NCBI GenBank assembly: GCA_944372115.1
Contig: CALVYH010000002.1
Span: 104,864-168,863 of the forward strand
From: an uncultured Bacilli bacterium
GTDB lineage: Bacteria > Bacillota_I > Bacilli_A > RFN20 > CAG-826
DNA: 64,000 nucleotides
Direction: 5' to 3'
The position numbers and the translations under genes were made by a program. The notes under the pieces were generated by a model, which was not told where the DNA came from, ran no database searches, and saw only the letters and a program-made list of their open reading frames with translations. Positions 21,301 through 31,814 of the stretch are shown piece after piece (positions within the stretch are counted from its first letter, which is position 1; each line of letters opens with the position of its first letter).

Positions 21301-22259
21301 AAGCTGTTGGTATTATGGCTGCTCAATCAATTGGTGAACCAGGTACTCAATTAACTATGAGAACATTCCATACTGGTGGTGTTGCTACAACTGAAGATAT
21401 TACTCAAGGTCTCCCTAGAGTCCAAGAATTGTTCGAAGCTAGAACACCAAAAGGTGAAGCTACAATTTCCGAAATCAGCGGAACTGTTACTGATATTAGA
21501 GAAAATAACGGTATTTATACAGTTAAAGTTGAAAACGACTTAGAATTTAAAGAATATACAACTTCATTTGGCGCACGTTTAAGAGTTAGAAAAGGCGACC
21601 ATATTAAAAATGGTGGCAAAATTACTGAGGGTGCTATTTCACCTAAAAAATTACTTGAATGTGCTGATGTTGGTAGTGTCGAACGTTATATTATTAAAGA
21701 AATTCAAAAAGTTTATCGTTCCCAAGGTATTGGAATCAGTGATAAACATATTGAAGTTATCGTTAGACAAATGTTAAGAAAAGTCGTTGTTGTTGATGGA
21801 GGTGAAACATCTCTTATTTCAGGAACAAGAGTTTCATTAGCTGAATTTACAGAAAAGAATAGAGACGCATTATTAAATGGCAAACGTCCAGCATTCTGTA
21901 AACCATTGGTTTTAGGTATTACTAAAGCTGCTCTTGAAACTGAATCATTCCTTTCAGCCGCTTCATTCCAAGAAACAACAAGAGTCTTAACTGATGCTGC
22001 AATTAAAGGTAAAACCGATAATTTACACGGCTTAAAAGAAAATGTTATCACTGGTAAACTCATTCCAGCTGGAAGAGGTTTAAATTCTATTGATAAAGAA
22101 AAAGCTATCTTAAGTGAATTTGATGTTACCGATTCAATGCAAAGAGTTAAAGACCAATATATTGGTGTCCATGATAAAAATTCGGATATCGAATCAAAAG
22201 ATCCTGAATTAGAAAATATGGAATCTCTTACAACACAAAATTTATTATCAACAAAATAA
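18333..22259 (+). CDS. rpoC: DNA-directed RNA polymerase beta' subunit
   Basis: Catalytic motif NADFDGDQM and an N-terminal zinc finger CHCGKYKK...CEKCG are present. RBS aaggagg is present. Confidence 0.97.
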   Translation: MFDVNNLASIKIGLASPDKIRQLSHGEVTKPETINYRSQKPEMDGLFCERIFGPSKDFECHCGKYKKSRYAGVVCEKCGVEVISKEVRRERVGHIELASPCSHIWYLKGIPSRMALVLDMSPKDLEEIVYYSAHVCLNAGTSKTLQYKQFLDDAKGREAFTATIKEIQETLEPGTYDYSKAQDLLEGLERLRDPFDFYSNAEFISEKLGVEFGEGAEAVKRLLQEVNLEEEFNRVNEEIRKASGQKLTKLTKRLEVLDAFIKSENKPEWMVLDAVPVIPPDLRPMLQLDGGRFATSDLNDLYRRIITRNNRLKKLQDMNAPTVILVNEKRMLQEAVDALIDNGRRNGKPVTGQNGRPYKSLSGALKGKQGRFRQNLLGKRVDYSGRSVIAIGPKLKMYQCGLPREMAINLLRPFIAAILIKEGKCSLHRQADRKINDKDNDVYDIVERIISYHPVLLNRAPTLHRLGIQAFQPILVEGRAIRLHPLVCTGFNADFDGDQMAVHVPLGKAAQEEAIDLMLASNNILAPKDGKPIVTPSQDILIGNYYLTMEANEEDFLKKAKKYEDNGDLDEAERYRSFINMEGKVFKDIDECIKCYELGKIHLHNRIALPAKALRKKIFTPEQNESYVITTVGKIIFNLIFPSDFPYINSNDKRNLKETLPEFFVKKGSNIKEVIKNTPTREAIEKKYITSIIDEVYAKYGTTKTSAILDKIKDYGYKYSTISGLTVAISDIYVLPNKNELIKKGDEQVEKIENLYEKGFLTDDERHNLVVGLWTKINSEVGNDVEKVLKSDTRNPLYIMWHSGARGSKSNYTQLMGMRGLMGSTSGDTIEIPVKSCFREGLNVSEFFTGTHGARKGGADTALKTADSGYLTRRLVDVSQDVIVREEDCHSDHGTIVSDIVDTAQGTVIVKLFDRLVGRFSCHNIYNPNTGELIIPADQLIEEDTAQKIVDAGITQVEIRSLFGCETKDGVCVHCYGRNLATGKLVDIGEAVGIMAAQSIGEPGTQLTMRTFHTGGVATTEDITQGLPRVQELFEARTPKGEATISEISGTVTDIRENNGIYTVKVENDLEFKEYTTSFGARLRVRKGDHIKNGGKITEGAISPKKLLECADVGSVERYIIKEIQKVYRSQGIGISDKHIEVIVRQMLRKVVVVDGGETSLISGTRVSLAEFTEKNRDALLNGKRPAFCKPLVLGITKAALETESFLSAASFQETTRVLTDAAIKGKTDNLHGLKENVITGKLIPAGRGLNSIDKEKAILSEFDVTDSMQRVKDQYIGVHDKNSDIESKDPELENMESLTTQNLLSTK

Positions 22260-22264
22260 AAAGA

Positions 22265-22297
22265 AAAGGGCTTCACGTTTGAAGTGAGGCCCTTTTA
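22265..22297. terminator. Bidirectional rho-independent terminator after rpoC
   Basis: Hairpin aaaagggcttcac gtttg aagtgaggccctttt. Confidence 0.7.
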
Positions 22298-22765
22298 ATT
22301 ATGAAGAAATTCATCGCTTTTTAAATATAAAGAGTTTTTCAATAAATCAAAATTATTTAATATAAAAAATCTCGCATTTAAGATTTTTCCAGAATAATCA
22401 AAAATAACAGCATCTTTAAGAACTTTAGCAAAATATGATAAGTAGCAATCTTTAAAAACCATTAAATAATTATCCAAATTTTGAAAGAACATATCTGTTA
22501 AATCATGTTTAGTGATAGTTTTAAATATTTCATAATTATAATCACTCATTATTTGTTTTGGATAATTTCTTGCAATTTTAAGTTTGTCTAAATATTCGTT
22601 AAAAGAATCGACAATGATGCTTTCTTTACTACATATCTTTTTATGATAATAAGATTCAGAGATATCTAATAAGTTACAAAAACGAAGAATATTCATATTA
22701 TATAAATCTTCTTTGAAAAATAGATTGAAAAAATCTTTGCGTAGTTTGGTTAAATTAATTGACAT
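22295..22765 (-). CDS. Hypothetical protein, possible small HTH transcriptional regulator
   Basis: 156 aa. The segment ILRFCNLLDISESYYHKK weakly resembles a TetR-type HTH. The gene is divergent from the subtilase gene. Confidence 0.3.
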   Translation of the reverse strand: MSINLTKLRKDFFNLFFKEDLYNMNILRFCNLLDISESYYHKKICSKESIIVDSFNEYLDKLKIARNYPKQIMSDYNYEIFKTITKHDLTDMFFQNLDNYLMVFKDCYLSYFAKVLKDAVIFDYSGKILNARFFILNNFDLLKNSLYLKSDEFLHN

Positions 22766-22864
22766 CTTTTATTATTATATTCGCTTTACAATCTTTAAAA
22801 AATAGTTTTTTATTTTACTTTAAACGCGTTTATCTTTATCGAAATTACAAACATTGTTATAATA

Positions 22865-25800
22865 TTGAGGATGAAAAATAAAGGATTACTTGTATTTTGT
22901 GCTTCTATATTTGCTTTTTCTTTTGCTTTATATACAAAAAAAGAAAATCCAAATAAAAAAGATTTAGATACAAATATTGTTGTCAGAATTAAAGATAGTG
23001 AATCAATTGATAAAGACGAAATGACTCGTCGTTTTTTTGTTGAATTAACAAATAATATTTCGTTTAACTATCGTAAAGTTGATGAAATAAATGGTGTTTT
23101 TAATTTTATATGTTTAAAAGTTAATAGTAGTGATATTGAAAAAATTAATTCTTTATCAACCGTTGAATATGCTTATGAAGAATTTGAATATTATTTTGAT
23201 CCTAATGACCCAACATATAATTATTTAGGGAAAAATGAAATATTGATTACCAATTATAGTGAAAATGAAATGAATAAGGGCGAAGAGATAAAAGATGGAG
23301 AAAATACTATTGTCGCTATTTTAGATAGTGCATTAAATTATGATCACGAAGCTTTCCAAAATATTAATTCATCTTCAATCCGCTATACTTCAAATGATAT
23401 TGCTACTTTAGCAAATGATAGTGATTTTAATGGAAAAAATTATAAAAGAATTAATGATAAAATTCCTTTTAGTTATGATTATTGTAATGACGATAACGAT
23501 GTAAAAGCTAAAGATACTCATGGAAGCCATGTTTCTTCTTTATCAATTGGAAATGGTAGATATAAAGGCATTGCTCCTCAATCTCAATTAGCGTTTATGA
23601 AAGTTTTTAACGATTATGGAGGAGGGTGTACTTCAATCGTTTATTTAAAAGCTTTAGAAGATGCTTATTTACTCGATGTTGATGCTGTAAATATGTCTTT
23701 TGGAAGTGCTTTAAATTATACAAAAGATGCTACTGATAAAGCGGTAGATGATATATTAAATGCTTTAAGAGAAAAAGGGACCCAAGTTTTTATTGCTGCT
23801 GGAAATGATGGAAGAGATGACTTTGTTGGTTCAAATTATGAATATTCTTTAACTTCATCGGTGGAAACTGGTGTTATGGGGAATTTGGCTTTAAACGAAG
23901 ATTCAATTACGGTAGCTAATTCTACTTTAAGTGATGATGTTTCAAACGTTTATGGTTTGATTGATAATATAAGATCTATTCAACTTATTGATAGAATAGT
24001 TGATTCAGTTGGACTAGAAGAAGGAGCAAATGATTATCATATTACCGATTTTCCTAATGAATATAGATTTTCTTCCTTGATTGGAGAAGGAACTTATGAA
24101 TATGTTTTAGTTCCTAATAAGGGAGCAGACAAAGATTATAAAAATATTAATGTAAAAAATAAGATTGCAGTAGTTGAAAGAGGAGAACTTCCTTTTACTG
24201 CTAAAATTTATTATGCAATTAAAAATGGTGCGTCTGGTTTAATTATTTATAATCAAAAAAGCGACACTAATTTACCTCAATTTTCTTTTAAAATCGATGA
24301 TGAGACATTAGAAAATTACCCAGGAATACCTACAACAATAGATGAATATGGCGATAGAATATTTGACTTATCTTATATTAATATCCCTGTTGCAATCGTA
24401 ACTTATGAAGCAGGAAAGAGATTAAATGAAGCTTCTAATAAAGAAATTAGTTTTTTTCATGAAGAAATGTCTGGTTCATCTTCTTTAGGAGCTAATGCCG
24501 ATTTATCTTTAAAACCAGATTTAGCTGCTCCAGGAACAAATGTTTATGGTGCTTATAGTTATTATAAACCAAGTGGATCTCCTACAAGTGGTAACTATTA
24601 TTTAAATGACGCCTATTATTTTTTAAGTGGAACATCTATGGCTTCACCAAACTTAATGGGTGCTTATATTTCATTATTATCTTCTTATAATATTGAAAAT
24701 AGTTCTTCAAGAGAAGCAGCAGCAAAGAATATAAGAAACAAAATTTTCTCAAATACAACTTTATTAAAAGATGAATTTGGCACTTTTATTTCGCCAAGAA
24801 GACAAGGGAATGGATTAATAAACGTTGATGCTACATATAATTCTTCATCTTATCTTTCATATAATGATAAAAATCAAATGGAATTAGGAAATTCATATAC
24901 GATAAGAAATGGTATTTTTAATGAGGAAGTTACTTTAATTGAAGAAGAAACATCTCATAATTATAAAATAACGTTAAATATCATGGCTCCAAAAATCATT
25001 AATGATAAGTTTAAAGATAAAGACGTTGAACTTATTAATAGTGATGATGTTTTATTAGAATCTAAAGTTATTTCTACTTCATATCAAAGTAAAGTTGGTG
25101 AAAATAAGATAAAAATTAATGAAATTATTTCTTCTTCATCAAGAGAATATCTAGATAGATTTGAAAATGGCACATATATTGAAGGATATTTAGTTTTTGA
25201 AAGCGAAGAAAATAGTTTAAATATGCCTTTTTTAGGTTTTTATGGAGATTATAATTCCTTAAAACCATATGAAGATTTTTCTTTTGAAAAAGATTCAAAT
25301 AAAGTATATGAATCCGATATTATGGATGATTATTTAAGAGAAAATTATGGTTTAGTCAATGCTTATACAGGTTCTTATTTTTTAATCGGAGATAATGAAA
25401 AGTATTATATTCGTAATATTTTACCTTCTACTTTCTCATTGATTAAGCAATATAAATATATGGAATATATTTATGATGAAGAAAATGAAATTTATCATAT
25501 TTATACTGGCGAATATCCTGATTCAAAAGGTTTAATTATTCAATTATTCATGTTAAGAAGCGTTGTTGATAATGAAGTCACTTTATTTGATAGTAATAAT
25601 AACGTAATTGAGACTTATTATTTTAAAGATTCAGCTCCTTATAATGATTTAGCACATGAATTACATAGAAGTTATATTTTGCAACAAAATAGTTATCTAA
25701 TGAATAATGAATATTTTACTCATCGAAGTTATTGTTATATTCCTCTTGTTTATGATGATGGGTATGGGGATTATTTATATCCTGATGGAACTTATAATTT

Positions 25801-26524
25801 TTTATTTGAGTTCGAACTTGTAAATGGTGAAAAGTTTACTTCTAAATATGTCTTGCATTTAGGTGAAAGTTTTAAATCGATTCCATCAATTTATGATATT
25901 ACTTTATATAACAATATCTTAAGAGTTTATGTTAGAGAACAGGATAGTTATAAAGTTTTAATTAATAATGCAGCTAATAATTCTATTAAAATTTCTAACA
26001 TAGGTGTTTATAGAAGCTATTTTGAAATCAATTTAAATGAATATTCTTCAAGTGATTTATTTATTTCGGTTATTAATAATGATAAAAATTCAACTTTTGC
26101 TAAATATTTTATTGATGAAAATGTTATTATTGCCGGAAACGAAGTTTCTTCATCAATAAAATTAGAAAAAGAAGAAAGAAATAATAAATCCTATTATTTA
26201 AAATTGGTCGATTATAATGACGAGTTAATCAATTTTACAAATGAGGTTTTATATGGGTTATTACTAGATGGTTTATTTATAAATGTTGAAGCTGTTGATG
26301 GAGAATCAACTGCTGAGATAAATTATCAAGCCGCAACAAGTGAAAATGATTTAATTCGTTTTAATACTTCATATTCAGAATTTTTAATTAATAATAGGTT
26401 AGAAAGTGATGGATTATTTAATTTATTCCTTCCTTCTATAATAGTCGTTTCTGTTATCGCAGGCGGTGTTTTAATTGTTGGAACAATAGGAATTATTAAA
26501 CACGCATTAAAAAAGAGAAAATAA
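22865..26524 (+). CDS. Cell-surface subtilisin-like serine protease (S8 family) with PA domain, signal peptide and C-terminal transmembrane anchor
   Basis: Catalytic triad contexts are AILDSALNYDH (Asp), HGSHVSS (His) and GTSMASP (Ser). A PA-domain insert NKIAVVERGELPFTAKIYYAIKNGASGLIIYN is present. The N-terminal signal is MRMKNKGLLVFCASIFAFSFALY. The C-terminal anchor is a hydrophobic helix plus KKRK, with no LPXTG. Confidence 0.85.
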   Translation: MRMKNKGLLVFCASIFAFSFALYTKKENPNKKDLDTNIVVRIKDSESIDKDEMTRRFFVELTNNISFNYRKVDEINGVFNFICLKVNSSDIEKINSLSTVEYAYEEFEYYFDPNDPTYNYLGKNEILITNYSENEMNKGEEIKDGENTIVAILDSALNYDHEAFQNINSSSIRYTSNDIATLANDSDFNGKNYKRINDKIPFSYDYCNDDNDVKAKDTHGSHVSSLSIGNGRYKGIAPQSQLAFMKVFNDYGGGCTSIVYLKALEDAYLLDVDAVNMSFGSALNYTKDATDKAVDDILNALREKGTQVFIAAGNDGRDDFVGSNYEYSLTSSVETGVMGNLALNEDSITVANSTLSDDVSNVYGLIDNIRSIQLIDRIVDSVGLEEGANDYHITDFPNEYRFSSLIGEGTYEYVLVPNKGADKDYKNINVKNKIAVVERGELPFTAKIYYAIKNGASGLIIYNQKSDTNLPQFSFKIDDETLENYPGIPTTIDEYGDRIFDLSYINIPVAIVTYEAGKRLNEASNKEISFFHEEMSGSSSLGANADLSLKPDLAAPGTNVYGAYSYYKPSGSPTSGNYYLNDAYYFLSGTSMASPNLMGAYISLLSSYNIENSSSREAAAKNIRNKIFSNTTLLKDEFGTFISPRRQGNGLINVDATYNSSSYLSYNDKNQMELGNSYTIRNGIFNEEVTLIEEETSHNYKITLNIMAPKIINDKFKDKDVELINSDDVLLESKVISTSYQSKVGENKIKINEIISSSSREYLDRFENGTYIEGYLVFESEENSLNMPFLGFYGDYNSLKPYEDFSFEKDSNKVYESDIMDDYLRENYGLVNAYTGSYFLIGDNEKYYIRNILPSTFSLIKQYKYMEYIYDEENEIYHIYTGEYPDSKGLIIQLFMLRSVVDNEVTLFDSNNNVIETYYFKDSAPYNDLAHELHRSYILQQNSYLMNNEYFTHRSYCYIPLVYDDGYGDYLYPDGTYNFLFEFELVNGEKFTSKYVLHLGESFKSIPSIYDITLYNNILRVYVREQDSYKVLINNAANNSIKISNIGVYRSYFEINLNEYSSSDLFISVINNDKNSTFAKYFIDENVIIAGNEVSSSIKLEKEERNNKSYYLKLVDYNDELINFTNEVLYGLLLDGLFINVEAVDGESTAEINYQAATSENDLIRFNTSYSEFLINNRLESDGLFNLFLPSIIVVSVIAGGVLIVGTIGIIKHALKKRK

Positions 26525-26567
26525 TCAATTTTAATGTAAATTAAAGTATCTCGAATATAGAATATTG

Positions 26568-26600
26568 CCTCGTATATTGCTAAAATATATGAGGTTTTTT
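26568..26600 (+). terminator. Rho-independent terminator after the subtilase gene
   Basis: Hairpin cctcgtatat tgctaaa atatatgagg is followed by tttttt. Confidence 0.6.
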
Positions 26601-26629
26601 AAATAATTAATTAACTGTGGGAGTTTAAT

Positions 26630-27601
26630 ATGGAGCCTATAATCGAAAAATTTAATGATAATTTTGACTTTATAAAGATTAAAGCTAACGATTTTGAGTA
26701 TGTTTTTTCTTCATGCGGAGCAAGTTTATATTCGTTAAAAAAAAATAACATACCTTTGATTTTAGAATTAGAAGATAAAGATAAATTTTTATTATCGCCT
26801 CAATTCTTTAATAAAACATTAGGAATGGTTGCTGGAAGACTTCCGGTTGATTATGAAAATAATGGAGTTAAATATCATTTAAAAGATACTGGAAATAATA
26901 TTTGTCTTCATGGTGGAGTTTTTACTTCTTTATCTTTTAAAAAATGGAAATATAAAATAAAAGAAACTAAAAATAAAATTGATGTTATTTTCTCAATTTC
27001 TCCAAGAAAAGGAGAAAATGGTTTTAATGGAAAGGTAAAAATTTATAATATCTATTCTTTATATAAAAATAAACCAGGCTTTAAAATCATACAAAAAGCC
27101 AATATTAAAGAAGATAGTTTGTTGAGCTTATCAAATCATATTTATTGGAATTTAAATACAGTCAATATTAACGATTATTCTTTAAAATTTAACGCTTCAA
27201 AAATTGGAAAAGTTAACGATGATCTTTTAATGGTTGATACAATTGATACTCCTGATTATTTATTATTTAATAGAAAAACAAAATTAAAATCTAGACTTGA
27301 TAAAGCTTCTAAACTTCCTATTGGAACTATTGATAATACATTTGTTTTTGATAATAAAATTAACAAAGTTTTATTAGAAAATGATAAATATTCTATAAAA
27401 TTAAAAACGGATTACCCTGCTATGAATATTTATTGTGATTCTTCTTTAACACCAATTAAATTTGTTAATAATTCGAATTTAAGAGAAAGAAGAGCAATCG
27501 CATTAGAGCCTCAATTATATATACTCGATAAAGATTCGATTTTCTATGAAAAAGGACAAAAATATAATCATTATATTGAATATATTATTTTAGAAAAATA
27601 G
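26630..27601 (+). CDS. galM: Aldose 1-epimerase (galactose mutarotase)
   Basis: An LHGGVFTSLSFKKW (HGG...W) motif and a C-terminal ALEPQ (catalytic Glu context) are present. It leads a gal operon. Confidence 0.65.
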   Translation: MEPIIEKFNDNFDFIKIKANDFEYVFSSCGASLYSLKKNNIPLILELEDKDKFLLSPQFFNKTLGMVAGRLPVDYENNGVKYHLKDTGNNICLHGGVFTSLSFKKWKYKIKETKNKIDVIFSISPRKGENGFNGKVKIYNIYSLYKNKPGFKIIQKANIKEDSLLSLSNHIYWNLNTVNINDYSLKFNASKIGKVNDDLLMVDTIDTPDYLLFNRKTKLKSRLDKASKLPIGTIDNTFVFDNKINKVLLENDKYSIKLKTDYPAMNIYCDSSLTPIKFVNNSNLRERRAIALEPQLYILDKDSIFYEKGQKYNHYIEYIILEK

Positions 27602-27610
27602 GGAGATTTT

Positions 27611-29131
27611 ATGGATATCAATTTAACGATTAATGAGCTTATCAGATATGCGAAAGTTAATTTCGATATTGCTGATGATGATCTAATTTATTTTAGAAAT
27701 ATTATTTTAGGTGAATTAGAAATACCTTCTTTTAAAGAAGTATGCGTTAATATTTCTAAAATTGATTCTTTTAAAAATCCAGATTATTTTACAGAAATTT
27801 TAACAAACTATTTAAACGAAACAAAAACATTAAGCGAAAATGAAATAGATAGAAAAATAACAAAAATATATGGCTTTTTAACTCCTAGACCATCAAGTGT
27901 TATTGCTAAATTTAATTCTATTTTTAAAAATAAAAGCGATAAAGAAGCTTTAGATTATCTTTATGATTTATCTATTAAAAATGATTATGTAAAAAAATCA
28001 AAAATTGATAAGAATTTATTATGGACTTCAAATTATCCAAATAAAAACATTGAAGTTTCAATAAATCTCTCTAAACCTGAAAAAAACAATAAAGATATTG
28101 CTAAATTATTAGTTAAACCAAAAGCTAGCGATGTTAAGTATCCTTCTTGTTTATTATGTAAAGAAAACCTTGGCTATTATGGAAGAGATGATCATCCAGC
28201 AAGAGAAAATATAAGAACAATACCTTTAAAACTAGAGGATGAGAATTGGTATATTCAATATTCTCCATATGGTTATTTTAATATGCATTGCATTGTATTT
28301 AAAGATACGCATTCAAACATGGTTATTAATGAATCAACATTTAAAAAACTTTTAACTTTTGTTGATGAATTCCCTTATTTCTTTATAGGTAGTAATGCAG
28401 ATTTACCTATTGTAGGTGGCTCTATTTTGAATCATGAACATTATCAAGGCGGTGAACATAGATTACCAATTATGCATGCAAAACCAAAAAAAGAATACCA
28501 ATTATCAAATCATGATTCAAAACTTTATTTACTTGATTGGTATAATTCTACTCTTTTAATTCAAGGCAAAAATAAAGAAGATATTGTTGATATTGCAACA
28601 AAAATTCTTACAAAATGGAGAAATTATGATGATTTAGAGAATGATATTTTATCTTTTAGCGATGGGGTAGCACATTCAACCGTTACACCATGCGTTAAAA
28701 AAGACGGAGATATTTATTCTTTATATTTAATTTTAAGAAATAATAGATGTAACGAAGAATATCCTGATGGAATTTTCCACGCTCACCCAGAATATCATCA
28801 CATTAAACATGAAGGTATTGGAATTATTGAAGCAATGGGATTATTTATTCTTCCAGCAAGATTAGTAAGACAAACAAATCAAATTAAGGATTGTTTAAAA
28901 AATATTTTAAGCGATGAAGAAATTGTTTCAAAATACCCAGATTTTGATAAATTGTTCCTCAATATGATTCATGAACTCGCAAAAAATTATAATGAATTTA
29001 CAATTGATGATGATATTAAAGATTATATTAATAATGTATGCCGTAATATTTTAATGAATACAGCAGTATTTAAAGATAATGATAAAGGCAATGAAGGAAT
29101 TGATAGATTTATAAATTCAATAGAATTTTAA
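27611..29131 (+). CDS. galT: Galactose-1-phosphate uridylyltransferase, family 2 (Gram-positive type)
   Basis: 506 aa. The N-terminus and overall layout resemble B. subtilis and Streptococcus GalT. It sits between galM and galK. Confidence 0.75.
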   Translation: MDINLTINELIRYAKVNFDIADDDLIYFRNIILGELEIPSFKEVCVNISKIDSFKNPDYFTEILTNYLNETKTLSENEIDRKITKIYGFLTPRPSSVIAKFNSIFKNKSDKEALDYLYDLSIKNDYVKKSKIDKNLLWTSNYPNKNIEVSINLSKPEKNNKDIAKLLVKPKASDVKYPSCLLCKENLGYYGRDDHPARENIRTIPLKLEDENWYIQYSPYGYFNMHCIVFKDTHSNMVINESTFKKLLTFVDEFPYFFIGSNADLPIVGGSILNHEHYQGGEHRLPIMHAKPKKEYQLSNHDSKLYLLDWYNSTLLIQGKNKEDIVDIATKILTKWRNYDDLENDILSFSDGVAHSTVTPCVKKDGDIYSLYLILRNNRCNEEYPDGIFHAHPEYHHIKHEGIGIIEAMGLFILPARLVRQTNQIKDCLKNILSDEEIVSKYPDFDKLFLNMIHELAKNYNEFTIDDDIKDYINNVCRNILMNTAVFKDNDKGNEGIDRFINSIEF

Positions 29132-29141
29132 AGGAGAAATT

Positions 29142-30299
29142 ATGGAAGTTAATACTTTATTTGAAGAATTTTTCAATGAAAAACCTCAATTTTCCATTGA
29201 TACGGGCGGTCGTTTTGAAATAATTGGAAATCATACAGATCACAATCATGGGTTGTGTTTAGTTGCTAATTGCTCTTTAAGAGCAAGAGCTTGCTTATCA
29301 CTTAATGGTGAAGAAGTTATAATTAAATCAAAAGGATATAAAGAATTTTCTTTTAATATCAATGATTTAGAAAATAGCGATGAGATCAATGGTAAAACTA
29401 TTGGTCTTGCCAAAGGAATATTATTTAAACTAAAAGAATTAGGCTATAAAATCGGTGGATTTAAAATGTTTATAGATAGCGAAATTCCTGATGGTAGTGG
29501 TGTTTCTTCTTCAGCAGCAATTGAATCATTATTTGGTTATGCAATTTCTTGTTTATTTAACGAAGGCAAAATTACCCCATTAGAAATTGCTAAAACTGGT
29601 CAATTTGCTGAAAATGTCTATTTTAAAAAGCCTTGTGGTTTATTAGATCAAATCGGTACTTCATTTGATTCATCTAACTTCATTGATTTTAAGAATATAA
29701 ATAATCCAACGATTACAACTTTACCATTTAATTTACCTTTAACTCTTTATTTAGTTAAATCAGTTGGAGATCATTCTTCGTTAACGCCTTTATATGCAGC
29801 AATTCCTGATTCAATGAAAAAAGTTGCTCATCTTTTAGAAGGAAAGGAATTTTTAAGAGATATTGTTGATACAAATAATATTTTAGAAAAAATTGATAAT
29901 CTTGATGTTGAAGATAGTGTAAAAAGGAAAGCAAAACATTTCTTTATTGAAAATGCTAACGTTTTAAATGCAAAAAAAGCTGTTGAAACAAATAACTTAG
30001 AAGAATTTTTAAGTTCTATTCGTGCTTCTCAAGATTCGTCTAACATAAATCTTGAAAATACCTTTGTTAAAGGAGAATATGAAAATTCGCCTCAATCAAT
30101 TATTGATGAATTGACTCCAATTATTGGAGAACATGGTGCTATTAGAATTCATGGTGGCGGATTTAAAGGTACTGTTTTAGCATTTATAAAAAATGATTTT
30201 GTTGATGAATTTGATAAGATTTTAAAAGAAAAGTATCCAGAAGATAGATATTTTAAAGTACATATTTCAAAACATGCATGTAATTTTGAAAGATTATAA
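29142..30299 (+). CDS. galK: Galactokinase
   Basis: Galactokinase signature GGRFEIIGNHTDHNHG and GHMP ATP motif PDGSGVSSSAA are present. Confidence 0.85.
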   Translation: MEVNTLFEEFFNEKPQFSIDTGGRFEIIGNHTDHNHGLCLVANCSLRARACLSLNGEEVIIKSKGYKEFSFNINDLENSDEINGKTIGLAKGILFKLKELGYKIGGFKMFIDSEIPDGSGVSSSAAIESLFGYAISCLFNEGKITPLEIAKTGQFAENVYFKKPCGLLDQIGTSFDSSNFIDFKNINNPTITTLPFNLPLTLYLVKSVGDHSSLTPLYAAIPDSMKKVAHLLEGKEFLRDIVDTNNILEKIDNLDVEDSVKRKAKHFFIENANVLNAKKAVETNNLEEFLSSIRASQDSSNINLENTFVKGEYENSPQSIIDELTPIIGEHGAIRIHGGGFKGTVLAFIKNDFVDEFDKILKEKYPEDRYFKVHISKHACNFERL

Positions 30300-30309
30300 A
30301 AGCTAAATA

Positions 30310-30329
30310 AAAAGGACAAAACGTCCTTT
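30310..30329. terminator. Bidirectional terminator between convergent galK and hpt
   Basis: Hairpin aaaggac aaaac gtccttt is flanked by A and T runs. Confidence 0.65.
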
Positions 30330-30898
30330 TATTTTTCTTCGTTATTTTTTAATATTTTATTCCATTCATCAATTTCATTTTCGTCAGGAATAAAAATAAA
30401 AGGTGTATTTCTTTTAATTTCATTGTAGTCAAGACCATATCCAACAAGAAATTGATTTTTAGTTAAAGTAACTCCAACAAAATCAGCATCTAAATCTACT
30501 TTTCTTAATGGTTTCTTATCTAAAAAAGAAACGATTGTTATTGATCTTGGTTGATATTTAATTTTGAAATATTGTTTTAAATAGGAAAGAGTAGTTCCAG
30601 TGTCGACAATATCTTCGATTAAAACAATATCTTTATTTTTAACGTTTTCAGTAATATCTTTTTTTAAATGAATTACACCGGTTGAAGAAGTGCCATCATA
30701 AGATGATACTTGGATAAAATCTTCAATAACTGGCAAATCATAATATTTAAGTAAATCCATCATAAAAGGCATTGCTCCTTTTAATACTCCGATAAATACT
30801 GGGATGGAATCGTTATTTTTAAATTTTTCTTTTAATTCTTCAGCAACTCTTTTAACAGCTTCTTGAATTTCCTCTTCGTTTAAAACAATTTCTTTCAT
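30329..30898 (-). CDS. hpt: Hypoxanthine-guanine phosphoribosyltransferase
   Basis: PRPP-binding motif VLIEDIVDTGTTL is present. 189 aa. Confidence 0.9.
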   Translation of the reverse strand: MKEIVLNEEEIQEAVKRVAEELKEKFKNNDSIPVFIGVLKGAMPFMMDLLKYYDLPVIEDFIQVSSYDGTSSTGVIHLKKDITENVKNKDIVLIEDIVDTGTTLSYLKQYFKIKYQPRSITIVSFLDKKPLRKVDLDADFVGVTLTKNQFLVGYGLDYNEIKRNTPFIFIPDENEIDEWNKILKNNEEK

Positions 30899-31182
30899 AT
30901 ACTCCCTCGATAAAAAAATATAAAAAATATTTAATTATTTTATTTTTATTAAGTCAAATAAATACCAATTATTTAAAATAAAAATAATACTATCTTAATA
31001 AGTTTAAGGGTATCTTAATAAAAGTAATATTAATTATAAAAATACATATATATTATAAAAATGGGATTTTTATAATAAATGGAAACCCTACCCGTACGTA
31101 GTACAAGAACGGAAATTTTTTAAAATTTATGCTAATTTTTGAGAAAATTAATATAAAATTAATATAGTCGGAGGAAAGAAAC

Positions 31183-31527
31183 ATGCCTTATATTGAATTA
31201 AATACGAATATAGAAATAAGCAAAGAATTAAAAAATGAAGTTAAATCAAAACTAGGTAATTTAATTAAAGAATTACCGGGAAAAAGCGAAAACTGGTTAA
31301 TGGTAAACATTAACGATAAAACTTCTTTATATTTTAAAGGAAGTGATAAGGGTGCAATCATGATAAAAGTCTTAATTTATGGTGATTCTTATTCTAGCCA
31401 AGTTTTAGATAATTTCACTTCATTATTGACTTCATATTTACAAAAAGAACTAGATATTGATGGTTCAAGAATATATATTTCTTATTTCTTTACTAAAAAT
31501 TGGGGATTTAATGGTTCAAATTTCTAA
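31183..31527 (+). CDS. MIF/D-dopachrome tautomerase-like protein (tautomerase superfamily)
   Basis: 114 aa beginning MPYIELNTN, giving Pro1 after Met removal. This parallels MIF MPMFIVNTN. The C-terminus RIYISYFFTKNWGFNGSNF parallels MIF [22 protein letters not shown]. Confidence 0.7.
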   Translation: MPYIELNTNIEISKELKNEVKSKLGNLIKELPGKSENWLMVNINDKTSLYFKGSDKGAIMIKVLIYGDSYSSQVLDNFTSLLTSYLQKELDIDGSRIYISYFFTKNWGFNGSNF

Positions 31528-31584
31528 ATTATATAAAAAAATACTTGCTAAATTATAAAATTCTATTAATATATTGATTTGTAA

Positions 31585-31800
31585 AGATTGATAGAGGCGC
31601 GATTACGATTAGTAGTTAATGGAGGAGACGTCCGATGAAGTTAATGAAAGGCAAAATCGCCGAAACAAATTCAAGGTATTGGATTTGATTGGGCTATGGG
31701 AGAACATCCTTTAGACTCCTAGTTTATCTAGAGGCGCTATCGGTGTGAATCTTCTTAATGAAAATTATAGATTGCATCGAGCGATGCAATCTTTTATTTT
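31585..31800 (+). promoter_or_regulatory. Lysine riboswitch (L-box) with terminator-type expression platform, upstream of an amino-acid ABC transporter operon
   Basis: The 5' AGAGGCGCG, ...TTAGTAG...GGAGGAG..., ATCGCCGAAAC, and 3' CTAGAGGCGCTATCGGTGTGAAT segments match the conserved L-box pattern. In B. subtilis lysC the equivalents are AGAGGTGCG, AGAGTA, GTCGCCGAAG and GGAGGGCTATCTCG. A terminator hairpin attgcatcg agc gatgcaat plus a T-run sits at about 31770-31799, directly before the transporter RBS. Confidence 0.6.
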
Positions 31801-31814
31801 AAAGGAGATTTAAA

